Below are positions 52,275 through 64,000 of a stretch of DNA of 64,000 bases, one piece after another; the stretch's first letter is position 1, and each line of letters starts with the position of its first letter. The translations under genes were made by a program, and so were the position numbers. This DNA is from Octopus sinensis (Eukaryota): contig NC_043007.1 of NCBI RefSeq assembly GCF_006345805.1, positions 26,040,001-26,104,000 on the forward strand, written 5' to 3'. Below the pieces are notes generated by a model that did not search any database, was not told where the DNA came from, and was given only the letters and a program-made list of their open reading frames with translations.

Positions 52275-55153
52275 AAAAATATCTCAAATTCTGTACATGT
52301 AATTCATTTAATAATTGTCTTTCACAATATCTCATTTAGAAGGTGGGAAAAATATGTCTTTGTAACAATTTTAATTGATGATAAATTGATTGACAATATT
52401 AAAAGCATTGTATTTCTGAAATCTTTAATTTGTAGAGCATGCATTATTCATCTGGAATATTTAAGAAGCACTTCAAGAAATTAAGAAAAACTGAATAATA
52501 GCAGTTTGAAAATTCACTTAATTAAGCAATAAACACAAGTGTTGGTGCTCTGTAGATTTTTGATGATATGAATGAGTGAGGTTTGGAGTGGATGAGTGTC
52601 TGTTTTCCATGCTAGCTAGAATGGGTTGAATGGTAACTGATTTTGAGGAAGGATTTTATGATTGGGTGCTATTCCAGTTACCAACTCTTTCTTATCTGTT
52701 TTTTTTTTTTTTTTTTTCATGTAAGGGATTTTTATATTTCACCAATCTTCAAAAACACAAATTGACTTGTCATAATGAATGCCAACAAAGAATATCAACG
52801 TCAGCACTGCTTGGCTTAAAGGGTTATAAATGAAATATTAACACACACACACACACACACACGAATGCATACAACTGCTTAATACAGTCCCCATCTCCTA
52901 AATTCACTCACAAGGTATTGAATTCTCATGGTGACAGTAGATGAAACTTGTCACACACTGTGGGCCTGAACTTGAAGCTACATGATTGCAAAGAAAGTTT
53001 TTTGACCGTACAGCTAATTGTTAGACAGAAGTTTCAGTTATATATAAAATTGAAACTGCCCTCCCCTCCTCTCATATAAAGAGGAAGGGTGGATCATAGG
53101 ATTTTCTAATTTTATAGCAAGTGCCTCAATAAATTTATACATCCCTCTTTTTTTGAGTGTATGTGTGTGCACTTCAAAGCCACAATAATGTCTGGAGTCT
53201 GCTCTGCAGATATAACAAATATTTCATGCCCCATTATTTAGCCTTTCAGGTGTGTCTTGATGGAATTGTATTCTAGTTTTGAAATCAATTATAATTTTAA
53301 CAGATATCTTTCTACCTGGATAATAATTTATGTGGCAGTTGTCCACTACTCTTTCAGCCAGAAATTACACATTGCACGTAGAGCATTATAACATGTCATT
53401 CTCATTTGGTTGAATGGACTTGTACCTTCGGGACATAAACTGATCTCTACTTATTTGTCTGGTGTGGTGATATAGCTATCGACAGTACATTCATCATTGC
53501 TCCAGTAATTAATTATTCTAGCTGTTCGCTGCATTCTCATAAAGATAATGCTTACGAACATTCACATTTAATCTGTGCAGGTGGACATTCATTTATCATT
53601 ATTCTTAGTCAGTTTTGATTGGTTTGTTTCAGTAACAGTCATGTATATATACTCTTAAAATTAATAATTTGAAAACAATAATTGCATATGTAATTTTAAA
53701 TTTTCAAACCATCAACTTCACCTCAGGTTCCTTACTTCTGTAATACATTTCAGTCAATTGCCTCTTTAATTGTTGTCACTGTATATGAACATTTACCTAT
53801 CTTGTGAAAAGTAAAAATAAATGGCTTCTTAAGATCTGAAGGGCATATATGAAAAATCTTTTGGTTCTCTAAATTACCTGTTTGATTTTTCACAGTAGCT
53901 GCATTCCAGTGGTCTGTTGATTAACTTGTTTTAGACTGTGATATGGATGAGAGGCAACTCTTCTGCTAAAATTGTTTTCCAGTCTGTTGCAAGCAAACCC
54001 ACCCTCATCCTAATAGTTTAGAAATGCAGGGAAAATCTTAGAGAAGAATTGAACTGAACACTTCTGAATAATTATTGTCATTGGATTTGGATTTGGCTGT
54101 TTAGCACTTACGACTCTGTAGCAACTGTTGCTAGGTTTGGTTAGCACTTGGACCCTTATTTATGAAAGTGGATTTTCAACACTCATAAATCACTAGACCA
54201 TAATCTTGTTGGACACCTATTACATTATATGATTACATTTAGCTGATGCTTCAGTATTATCTCAACAAATGACTCCTTTAGTGTCTGTGGGACTCAAATT
54301 TGATCTTCGGTTGTTTCATTAATCTGTGTATGATAAAAGTTAGCCTATAGGTCCATATTTTTTTTCTACTGAAACTAAGATGAATCTCTTCAAAAACACT
54401 TCAATGCACCCCTGGGCTGCCTACACACACACACATGCACATACTTTTCTTTGTCTCTTCAAATTCTGATATCTTCACAGAATTTCAAATTACACCTTTA
54501 ATCATCTTGTATCTTCTAAAAATGCTTCTATGTTCTCTAAAATCTAGAAACCAATACACCACACCTTATCTCCAAATATTAATTTCTTAAGGAGGTGGAA
54601 TCCCTGGAATGGTATATTTTAGTTTTAAGTTATGTGTCTCTACCTTCTGAGCTTGGTATTTCTGTCATTTTCTACCAGTTTCTTTCTTTCACAATATTTG
54701 TATAATTGATTTTCTTTTACCTTGGCAGAAAGCCAAAAATTCAAGTGGAGGGGTGCAGTTGATTGGTTTATCGTCTACTATTGTTACTTTTGCTGGTTTG
54801 TTGCATTTTAATGTATTAATGGCTTCAGTAACATTTTAGTTAAAAACCTGTTTTCTGTTGAATAAAATGAGCCCACCTGCTGTCTTAAATTGAAATTTCA
54901 AGTTTGTTTAGTATAATACAATCAGTCAGATTTATTTAATATGGTGTATTAAAAATGAGGGAAAAGTTTTGCATTTCTACAGTTCAAAGAAAGCAAAGTT
55001 ATGCAACTGTCGAAGAAGTAAAAATGAAAATTACAATTTTTCTTTAGACTGAACTATATTTTGATTGGTTCAAACTGCCAAATATCACAGGTAATTATTA
55101 TTTCATGGAATAACCCACATGATAATGATTAAGATAAAAACCTGATTGAAATG

Positions 55154-55528
55154 TTACTCTTTTACTTGTTTCAATCATTTGACTGTGGCCATGCTGGAGC
55201 ACCACCTTTAGTCGAGCAAATCGACCCCAGGACTTTATTCTTTGTAAGCCTAGTACTTATTCTATCAGTCTCTTTTGCCGAACCGCTAAGTCACGGGGAT
55301 GTAAACACTCCAGCATCGGTTGTCAAGCGATGTTGGGGGAACAAACACAGACACACAAACACACACGATGGGCTTCTTTCAGTTTCCGCCTACCAAATCC
55401 ACTCACAAGGCTTTGGTCGGCCCGAGGCTATAGTAGAAGACACTTGCCCAAGGTGCCACTCAGTGGGACTGAACCCAGAACCATGTGGTTCGTAAGCCAG
55501 CTACTTACCACACAGACACTCTTACGCC
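55154..55528 (-). mobile_element. SINE family A
   Basis: Colinear with 36188-36610. Confidence 0.9.
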
Positions 55529-57436
55529 AATATCCTTGTATGTTGTGTAAATATAAATGATATAAATATTGCTTCTAATGAGAAGTTAAATAGTTTAGAA
55601 AATTGTAATTTGTTGTGGCTGATTTTCTGCAGCCAGATGCTCTTCTCGTTGCTGTTCCTCACCTGTTTCCAAGTATGGTAATATTTCCCCATAGCCAGTC
55701 ATGTTTTTCCTGGAAGAGTGGAAACGAACAAGCTCACTTGTATGACAGTGATGTTCATTTACAACTATCATATGCTGTTTCAACGAGAGTACATACACAC
55801 ATGTGCAACTATCTTCTTTCAGTTTCTGTCTACCAAATCTACTGGTATGGCTTGGGTTGGCTCAGTGCTATAACAGTAGACACTTGTCCCAAGTGCCTCA
55901 CGGTGGGACAGAATCGAAGGCCTTATGGTTGGAAAGAAAACTTCATAACCACACAATTACACCAAGAAATCTAAATCTCAGCTATTAGAATTTTGTTGTT
56001 GAATCTTAAATCAAGCTTTAATTAAGAAGACTTCTATTCAAAAGAAATTATCACCTGTGCTTTTTTATTTTTTATCACAGTATCTGGGATATCTAGGACC
56101 ACATTATCAAATATGGTCCTTTATTTGTTTTTTTTTAGGTCAAGTGTATTATTTGAGAGAAATTTGGTTGCTATTTCTAGCAGTCCAAGTGACAGCATTG
56201 AAATTCCTTTGTGTAATCCACAAAAGCTGTAAAAGAAATCATGGGGATAAGGTGGGGGGGGGGGAATAAAAATACAACATTGTTTTAGTGTGAGATAATT
56301 TAATACTCAACCATAACAACAGATTTTCTATTTTAGATATTAACATTGAAATTTCTTTATTAATTATAATTTTTTTAAACAAGCAGAAGAACTGATCTTA
56401 AGATTAAAAATCCTTTACTTTAATAATAGTCATTGAGATTTGAATGAAAATTTAGTCATTTAAAAAAAAAAGAAAATTATATTGTCAGCTCTTAAGTATC
56501 GTATAGCCTTTACATTGATTTTCTTTTCTTCAATGTATATTGTCATTGATGATAATCACTTGTGAATGAACAACATTTACAACTAAAAAAGAAAAAAAAA
56601 TTTTTAAAGAAAAGCTCATAGTTTATCATGTAATTTCAGAAAATGGTATTTTCAACTTTTATGAACTTCAGTTATTTATTTATTTATTTATTTATTTATT
56701 GTTGTTGTTGTCGCCATCATCATCATCATCATTATATTTTCTGCATTTCATTTAAACTTTTCTTACCTTTCTATTTAAAGTTAAATAATTCCATATTCAG
56801 AGCATCCTTTCCTGTCACTCCCCGGTCTCTCTCTAACATCGTCTTAATGATGACTTGTGAATTGAAAATCAATAATAGAATTTTTTTTACTACTTTTATA
56901 AAAATACATCCCATTGTCTGGGAGGTGTCCTAGAATTTTGGTGACTGCATGAAGTAAATTATATTGATTTCTATTTTTATCATTGTCTTATTAATTGATG
57001 TTATTAATAATTGCTGTAGTTTGTTAAATTATACATTAGATTTTTTAGTTGATGGAAAAGTTCCAAGTTGTGGGGAGATTGACTCAAATGAATTTTAGTT
57101 TAGGTATCCTCAGTATTAAGTTTAAATACTAAGCTATCTATCCTTTTGAGACCAAAAAAATAAGTACCAGTAATATACTGGATTGATAGCAAATATTCAC
57201 CACTGGTTCATATATTTACTGTTTCAACTCTACCCTTCCGTTGCTACTGCAGTGACTATTCCTGTAAATAAGATAGTTGTGTACCTTCTTCTAGACACAT
57301 CCAACCCATTTGTCTCTGCCCCTTTCATCACTTCTATCTGTTACCTATGTCCCACTCTAAATATTTTTTTTTCCAGTCTTTGATCCATCAGAATTATTTG
57401 GCTGTTATTTTTTCTGCAAGACATTAACTTAATCCA

Positions 57437-57895
57437 ATTCAGACTGAACACCAACCACATCAACATCACCAGTGTTAGAGACATTAAGCTACAGTAGTTC
57501 AAATTGGACGTCAACCACATTCAGTGTCACCTGTGTGGGAGACATTGAACTACAGTAGTCTAACCCTTTAATGTTCAGGTTATTCTATTATAATGCTTAT
57601 TGATTCACATTGTTTTGAATTAATCATGCATTATCTCATCCTTGAGATTTCGATGATGTGATTGTTTAATGTAGAATAACATTGTAGGGTAGGTGTAAGA
57701 GCCTGGATCTGGTCAGTTTGAACATAAAACAGATGGAATATTTTGGCTGGATATGGCTGGTTTAAATGCTAAAGAGTATCAACTACGTAAATGTCACGTG
57801 TGTAGAAGACATTGAGCTTACAAATAGTTCAGACTAAACATTAAATACATCACTGTCACCAGTAGTTTAAACTGGACACGAACCATATCAAAAAC
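57437..57895. repeat. Degenerate ~60-bp minisatellite (4-5 units) split by a family E MITE (57560-57780)
   Basis: Recurring TTCA(G/A)A(C/T)T...CCACAT...TCACC...GACATT(A/G)A(G/A)CTACAGTAG units on both sides of the MITE. Confidence 0.65.
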
Positions 57896-59296
57896 CCCTG
57901 TCTTGTAGGGAATGGTTTAAAAGCTAATTGACTAATTAATTGGATAGTTATAATTTGTTTTACCATTTCAGACCAAAACTGAGAGCACCCAAAGTTAAAA
58001 CATCAATAGAAATATTTGTTCAGAATGCTAGTTTGAGATTTTATTTAGCAAACATATGCCTTTTGTTTTATTGAAATACATTGGAAGTAATATTGTCAAT
58101 AACATGTTTTCAAAATGGATAATTCCTTTCCATCTCTTATATTCTATTAACACCAACACATTAATTTAGTCAATGCTTACCTCTGGTTGTTTAATGGAAA
58201 ATCACCTGTTAAATTAAAATCTTCCACCGTAATTCTTTTGTTATGTCCCCCCCCCCACACACAATAATTGTTTTCCTTTTTTGTAAATTAACTGTCATAG
58301 TAAATATCATAAACTAATTAAACTAATCTAATAGAACTGCAAGATGTTCTCCTTCCCTTTTAAAGATGGTAGGGTTATGTGTTATGAGACATTTTATAAT
58401 GTCACTAGCTGACCGTGTGCCATCAATAACGACAGCTAATTGTAGTATTTTATATATAAATAAGGTACATAATAATCACACATACAAACATTCACATAAT
58501 TCCCTTGTACATGCACACACATATACTCACACAGAGTTGAAACGCTGATTTTTTTTTCACCCCTTCCTTCCTTATTCATCTATCACCCCCTTCCTTTCTC
58601 TCATTGCTATTACTTTCTCTCACTCCCTCTCAGTCAGGGCTTTTACTCTCACTACTTCTCCTTCACTGAATTACCGTTTTCTCTCCTCCCCCACATCCAG
58701 CGTGATTTTGGTTAAATATATGTATATACACAAATATATAAAAACACTACGCTCGTTATTAAATTAGGAGATACTGTTATCAACTCATAATCAACATCCT
58801 CTTCTGTATAATCAACATCCTCTTCTGTTTCCATATAATATAATCCGCAGTATAAGAGCAGTTGTATGCTCATTTCTGACCAATCCTCTTTTGCCACTGA
58901 TCCTTGTTAAAGACAAAGATTGATGCAAAAGCTCTCTAAGATTATGTTGCTGGATATTTGTGACTCAAAAGAGAAGTATTTCCAGTCTTAATCTTTTTTT
59001 TTAATGTAAAACGCTATTAACTGGAGAAAGTCTATAATGGCATATGTACACAGTTGTAGAGGTAGCTACAGTGCATTAGATCAAATGAGGAATTGAAACC
59101 ATTTCACGTGGGAAATTTTTGCTTATTTTTGAGCTCCATTATCTTTGTAGAATTTATATTAGCTCTCTGTTCAACTGTTGTTTAATCCAGATCAGCCCTG
59201 ATTGAACAAATCTATGAAATGATTGTTTCAAACTTTGGCATATGGCCAGAGGCTTGGAGAGGAGTCAACCCCTTTTACCCCAGTAATTAACTGGTA

Positions 59297-59694
59297 TTCT
59301 TTTACTTGTTTCAGTCATTTGACTGTGGCCATGCTGGAGCACTGCCTTTAGTCGAGCAAATCGACCTCAGGACTTATTCTTTGTAAGCCTAGTATTTATT
59401 CTATCGGTCTCTTTTGCCGAACCACTAAGTTATGGAGACATAAACACACCACCATTGGTTGTCAAGCGATGTTGGGGGTGACAAACACAGACACAAACAT
59501 ATACACACACATATATGTATATACATATATACGATGGGCTTCTTTAAGTTTCCGTCTACCAGATCCACTCACAAGGCTTTGGTCAGCTCCAGGCTATAGT
59601 AGAAGATACTTGCCTGAGGTGCCACGCAGTAGGACTGAACCTGGAACCATGTGGTTCATAAGCAAGCTACTTACCACACAGCCACTCATACGCC
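59297..59694 (-). mobile_element. SINE family A nested in a minus-strand SINE B (about 59260-59860)
   Basis: SINE B sequence breaks at AACTGGTATT and resumes at TATTTTATTGGCCCCTGAAAGG. Confidence 0.85.
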
Positions 59695-61005
59695 TATTTT
59701 ATTTTATTGGCCCCTGGTGTTTATTTTATTTTATTGGCCCCTGAAAGGATGAAAAGCAAAGTTATCCTCGGTGAAATTTGAACTTAGAACAAAAAAAAGG
59801 AGCGAAATGCTGCTAAGCCTTTTGCCTGGCATGTTAATGATTCTGCCTGTTTGCCATTTAATGACCTATGAAATGATGTTGATGTTCAAGTCATAATCAT
59901 CATTCCCTCCTCTCATAAGTCTCAACTGAGAGGATGAAAACGATAAAAGAATTGTGTTTTGGAGCACATTATGAAACGTGTCTTTCAATTTAAGATGGAG
60001 ATTTGGCTGGTTTTCTATGTTGAGTGGTTATATTAAGTTTTCCTTATTGGCTTATTGAATTTGTGGCCATTTGAGGTGCTACCCAGCTATCTAATTAGAT
60101 TTAAAAACTGGTATCAGGAAAATTTTTAAATCAATAGTTTTGATTACAAGTTATCAAAATTCATTCCTTAATGTTAGTGCTCATAAATTCACTGTAAAAG
60201 TAAATAATTAAACTCTTCCAGTTTAAATGCTAATGGTTATGACATTTTAAAATTATATCCCACCTCTTTTCTATCTCAGAAACATTACATACATATGCAT
60301 GCATGCACACATGCATATGTCACCTGTATAATGTAGTTTCTTCCTTTGAATATACAGAAATATATTATTATTGCTGTTTCAAAAATGAGTTTTCCCAGTA
60401 CATTATCTTATAGAGAAATTTTTCTTTATAAACATTGGAATCTTGAAGATAATAGATGTATACCTTGTCTTCTTGTGAGTTTTCATTTACTTTCCTCATT
60501 TGACAAAGTGGGCACTAGATATTGTTATGAAGTCGGTTGCTTTTCCAAATATACCTGAAGCATAATCAATTTAATTTGATGATGTTTAGCTTTAATAATA
60601 ACCTGATAGCAGTTTAATTGCTTCTGATTATAAACTTAATGATTATCTTCAATCTCTTATGATATTTTTCTTCTACTCACTCGCTCGTAAAATAAGATTA
60701 ACAAAAGCCATTATTGTTATAATTTGTTGTAAAAAATTATTGAAATGGAAAGGTCAATACATCTTTGCTAATTAGCATTAATAATGGATGTTAGTTATCT
60801 CTTCATAGACACTAGTCATATATACAATTTTATTTTTGTGTTATTGACTGTAAAAACATAAAATTAATTTTTCATTTTAATTAGGTACTCAAAATTAAGT
60901 TATCAATTTCTTCTATCATTATTTAATGAGAGAAATTGTTATATATTGATATTCTGATTTTGTTTTGTCAACGATTATTATCCTTTTTTCCCCTTCTGCT
61001 TGCAG

Positions 61006-61065
61006 GTTGCTGCCCATGAAACCAAAAAGGAAAGTGAGAAGGACAAAGAAGACACTATGCCCAGA
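61006..61065 (+). CDS. 60-nt symmetric coding exon VAAHETKKESEKDKEDTMPR of the host gene
   Basis: Acceptor ttttttccccttctgcttgcag| and donor AGA|GTAAGT. Length is a multiple of 3, the frame is open, and most codons begin with a purine. Phase matches the 2956-3001 exon. Confidence 0.8.
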
Positions 61066-61100
61066 GTAAGTTTATTGTTTTGAAGGAAAACTTATTAACA

Positions 61101-61275
61101 ATCATCATCATCATCATCAACATCCCTTCTCTCATGCTGGCATGGGTTGGACAATTTTGGTGTGGTTTCAACTGCTAGGTACCCTTCTTAATGCCAACCA
61201 CTTCATAGCATACTGGGTGCATCTCTTTCATGGCACCAATACTGGTGAGATCACCAAGTACCTGCAAGACAAATC
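61101..61275 (-). mobile_element. RTE-tailed SINE fragment 35 nt downstream of the exon donor
   Basis: (CAT)n, CATGCTGGCATGGGTTGGAC, CCCTTCTTAATGCCAACCAC. Confidence 0.7.
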
Positions 61276-61403
61276 CCTCAATTTAGTGTGGGATATAATA
61301 TTGAAGGATATGAAAGTATGGTAGAAGGACAGGAGTTGTTGCCTTGCTGAAGATGTGAATACATGTCTTCCTCATCTGGAGAGAGAGAGAGAGTGATGTG
61401 AGG

Positions 61404-61631
61404 TTAACCCTTTTGTTACTGTATTTATTTTGAGATGCTCTGTGTTTCTTTCAATGACTTTAAATATAACAAAGAATTTAGTAAAATAACTTAGTTATCA
61501 TTCAATTCGTGTTAAGAACATAAATTGTGACTAAGGTTTGGTGGAAGATTTTGATTCAAAACTTAAGAAAACAAGACTTTTGTACTCAGAGCCAGAGCAG
61601 GTTTCAGCCGGGTTGGTAATGAAAGGGTTAA
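61404..61631 (-). mobile_element. TTAA-type MITE family F, complete
   Basis: ttaaCCCTTTTGTTAC ... TAATGAAAGGGttaa; reverse complement of 23663-23872. Confidence 0.88.
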
Positions 61632-61869
61632 GGTACAAATTGGGTGGGTAAGTTAGGGTGCTAGAATGAAATTAGTGTGGCATGATTAGAGATTGGGATT
61701 AAGTTGAATGCAGTTAATATCAATTTAAGGAGGAAAAATGAAGGAAAGGAAATAGGAGTGGGTCAGGGACAGTAGTGGGGATACAGTAAGAACTGGGGGT
61801 GGGTGGATAAATAGTATTTACAGTACCTGAGTGAGTAAATACCACAGAAGGTTGATGAAGATAAGTGAC

Positions 61870-62238
61870 TACTCTTTTACTTGTTTCAGTCATTTGACTG
61901 CGGCCATACTGGAGCACCGCCTTTAATCGAGCAAATCAACCCTCGGACTTATTCTTTGTAAGCCTAGTTCTTATTCTATTGGTCTCTTTTGCTGAACTGC
62001 TAAGTGACGGGCACATAAACACACCAGCATCGGTTGTCAATCAATGCTAGGGGGATAAACATAGACAGACACACACACACATACATGACGGGCTTCTTTC
62101 AGTTTCCATCTACCAAATCCACTTACAAGGCTTTGGTCGGCCCGAGGCTATAGTAGAAGACACTTGCCCAAAATGTCACGCAGTGGGACTGAACCCGGAA
62201 CCATGTGGTTGGTAAGCAAGCTACTTACCACACAGCCA
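61870..62238 (-). mobile_element. SINE family A
   Basis: Colinear with 36188-36610. Confidence 0.9.
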
Positions 62239-63154
62239 CAAAGATGTATACAGAATCATATCAATATAGTTATAGACTCACTATGAAATTTCAGGTAGTT
62301 TGAAAGAAGGATTAAACCAACTGGTTTTGTTCTTATTGCTTACTTGGATCACTTACCTATGCCTTCTGAGCTGCCAAACAATAGTAGTAAAGAGCTAATT
62401 ATTGAAATGCTAACTAAGAAGAGCAATACCCATGATGGTTTTTGTGGGACCTCTGGACCCAGTGGAGAAAAAAAGAAATTATGATTTATGGGTTGTTCCC
62501 AGACTAGAGCCCTGATCTGATCATTTGATACAGACCGGACACTAGTAAAGGCACTCAAAGGATAGTGGATTAAGTCTACAGTCCAAGAGCAGAAAGAATT
62601 CATTTGACAGGCTTCCATAAGGTTTCTGCCAATGCAGTTTCATTTATGAACTTTTGGTTGACCTGTGCCTGTTATTAAAAGACCCTTGCCCTTTGTGCCA
62701 CGCAGTGGGATCAAATCTGGAATCACATGATTGCAAAGAGAGCTTAATGATACTACTTGACTGTCATTTCTGTTGAAAGTTTTGCACTCATCCTGATTTA
62801 CCTATGACTAATTAAATCATTTGCATTCAATTAATTAAATCCTAAAAGAAATATTAAGTTTTACGGGCAATGAGGTTCTATTTTTATTCCTTATTCTTTT
62901 GTAGCATCCTCAGCGCTTTAAAATGGAGCTATCAAGCTTTTTATTCTCACTGTAGCATTAGTGCTATTTTAAATAAACTAAAGTAAGCTTACACTCTGTA
63001 GCCTGTTTTTCTTTTATATGTATTTAATTACCTTGGTTGATCACTGACAACACCACCACTACTACCAACAACAACAATAACAACAAATATTATTGTCATT
63101 AGGTTTAAGTTCATTTCCCCATTCAGCCATGTCTGAATGAGTTTTCAAAACAAC

Positions 63155-63510
63155 ATGCCAGTGGCACATAAAAGGCACCATTCGAGTGTGATCATTACCA
63201 GTGTCACCTTACTGACACTTGTTTGGCAGCTCAGAAACTGCATTGTCAGAAACTTGTGCCAGTGGCATGTGTAAAAAGATTTGAGCGAGGTCATTGCCAG
63301 TACCGCCTGACTGGCCCCCGTGCTGGTGGCACGTAAAAGCACCCACTACGCTCTCGGAGTGGTTGGTGTTAGGAAGAGCATCCAGCTGTAGAAACTCTGC
63401 CAAATCAAGATTGGAGCCTGGTGCAGCCATCTGGTTTGCCAGCCCTCAGTCAAAATCGCTCAACCCATGCTAGCATGGAAAGCGGACGTTAAACGATGAT
63501 GATGATGATG
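63155..63510 (+). mobile_element. RTE-tailed SINE
   Basis: Internal repeats TGCCAGTGGCAC; ends AACCCATGCTAGCATGGAAAGCGGACGTTAAAC(GAT)n, the same 3' end as the RTE fragments in this window. Confidence 0.88.
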
Positions 63511-64000
63511 TGTGTCCAGTGTCTTTCAACCAGACATGTTTGCTACACCAATGGTACTTGTTATTTTGGCCATGGCTTTTCATGACATTAAAAATTATAA
63601 TGTTTTGGTTAGCAATCAAATACTTTGACATGAGCCAAATTTCAAGATGCTTATCTATTGAAGTTATTTAAATTTATTAATGGTGAAAGAGAATTAGACG
63701 AAAAGATTGATAGAAACTGATAGCTTTGTTCTTGTAGCATAATTTGAATACTTTTGAAACGTACAGTATTAAATATACTATTGTTTAGTACATGAGTACT
63801 GAATTGTGACGTGATGTGTGTGTGTATTGCTTCCACACATGGAAATATTGTGGAAGTGGAAGGTTGTCAAATGTACAGTGAGCGATAGAAGTAGTAAAAT
63901 GAAAATGAGTAGTACAATGAGGTGTTCATCACACTGCCCTGACTGGCAAACAAGGAATAGGTGAACAAGAGAATTAAAGATAAGTGGGTTCGAATAAAAG

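Noticed and set aside
58712-58897. Acidic minus-strand ORF with TEEDVDY twice
   Set aside because: The repeat is a 21-bp local duplication; the ORF ends in (TA)n-like sequence and lacks splice signals.
1782-63836. Most track ORFs (THTHTH, CVCVCV, YIYIYI peptides and SINE-derived ORFs such as 36370-36750, 55151-55495, 59469-59744)
   Set aside because: They are open only because they run through microsatellites or SINE bodies; there is no splice or codon support, and near-identical peptides recur at each SINE copy.

Overview
This is eukaryotic, strongly AT-rich, microsatellite-rich genomic DNA. Its interspersed repeats (tRNA-headed SINEs, RTE-tailed SINEs) look like those of octopus (coleoid cephalopod); this assignment is from recalled repeat sequences, not a search. 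Almost all track ORFs are artefacts of microsatellites and repeats. The window is best read as one + strand gene of unidentified product. An ATG-bearing exon at 2956-3001 (MDITHGNT) is followed by a ~58 kb intron and a 60-nt exon at 61006-61065 (VAAHETKKESEKDKEDTMPR), with a few weaker candidate exons. The intron holds at least five SINE families, TTAA (piggyBac-like) and hAT MITEs, a non-autonomous Helitron, RTE and CR1/L2-type LINE fragments (one nested in another), and a ~5 kb fossil Penelope-like element with paired terminal repeats. The most unusual signal is a set of short foldback elements from several unrelated sequence families. They share one architecture: target duplication, inverted partial copy, full unit, target duplication. 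One carries two head-to-head minimal hammerhead ribozyme motifs, and another occurs twice with its internal segment flipped.
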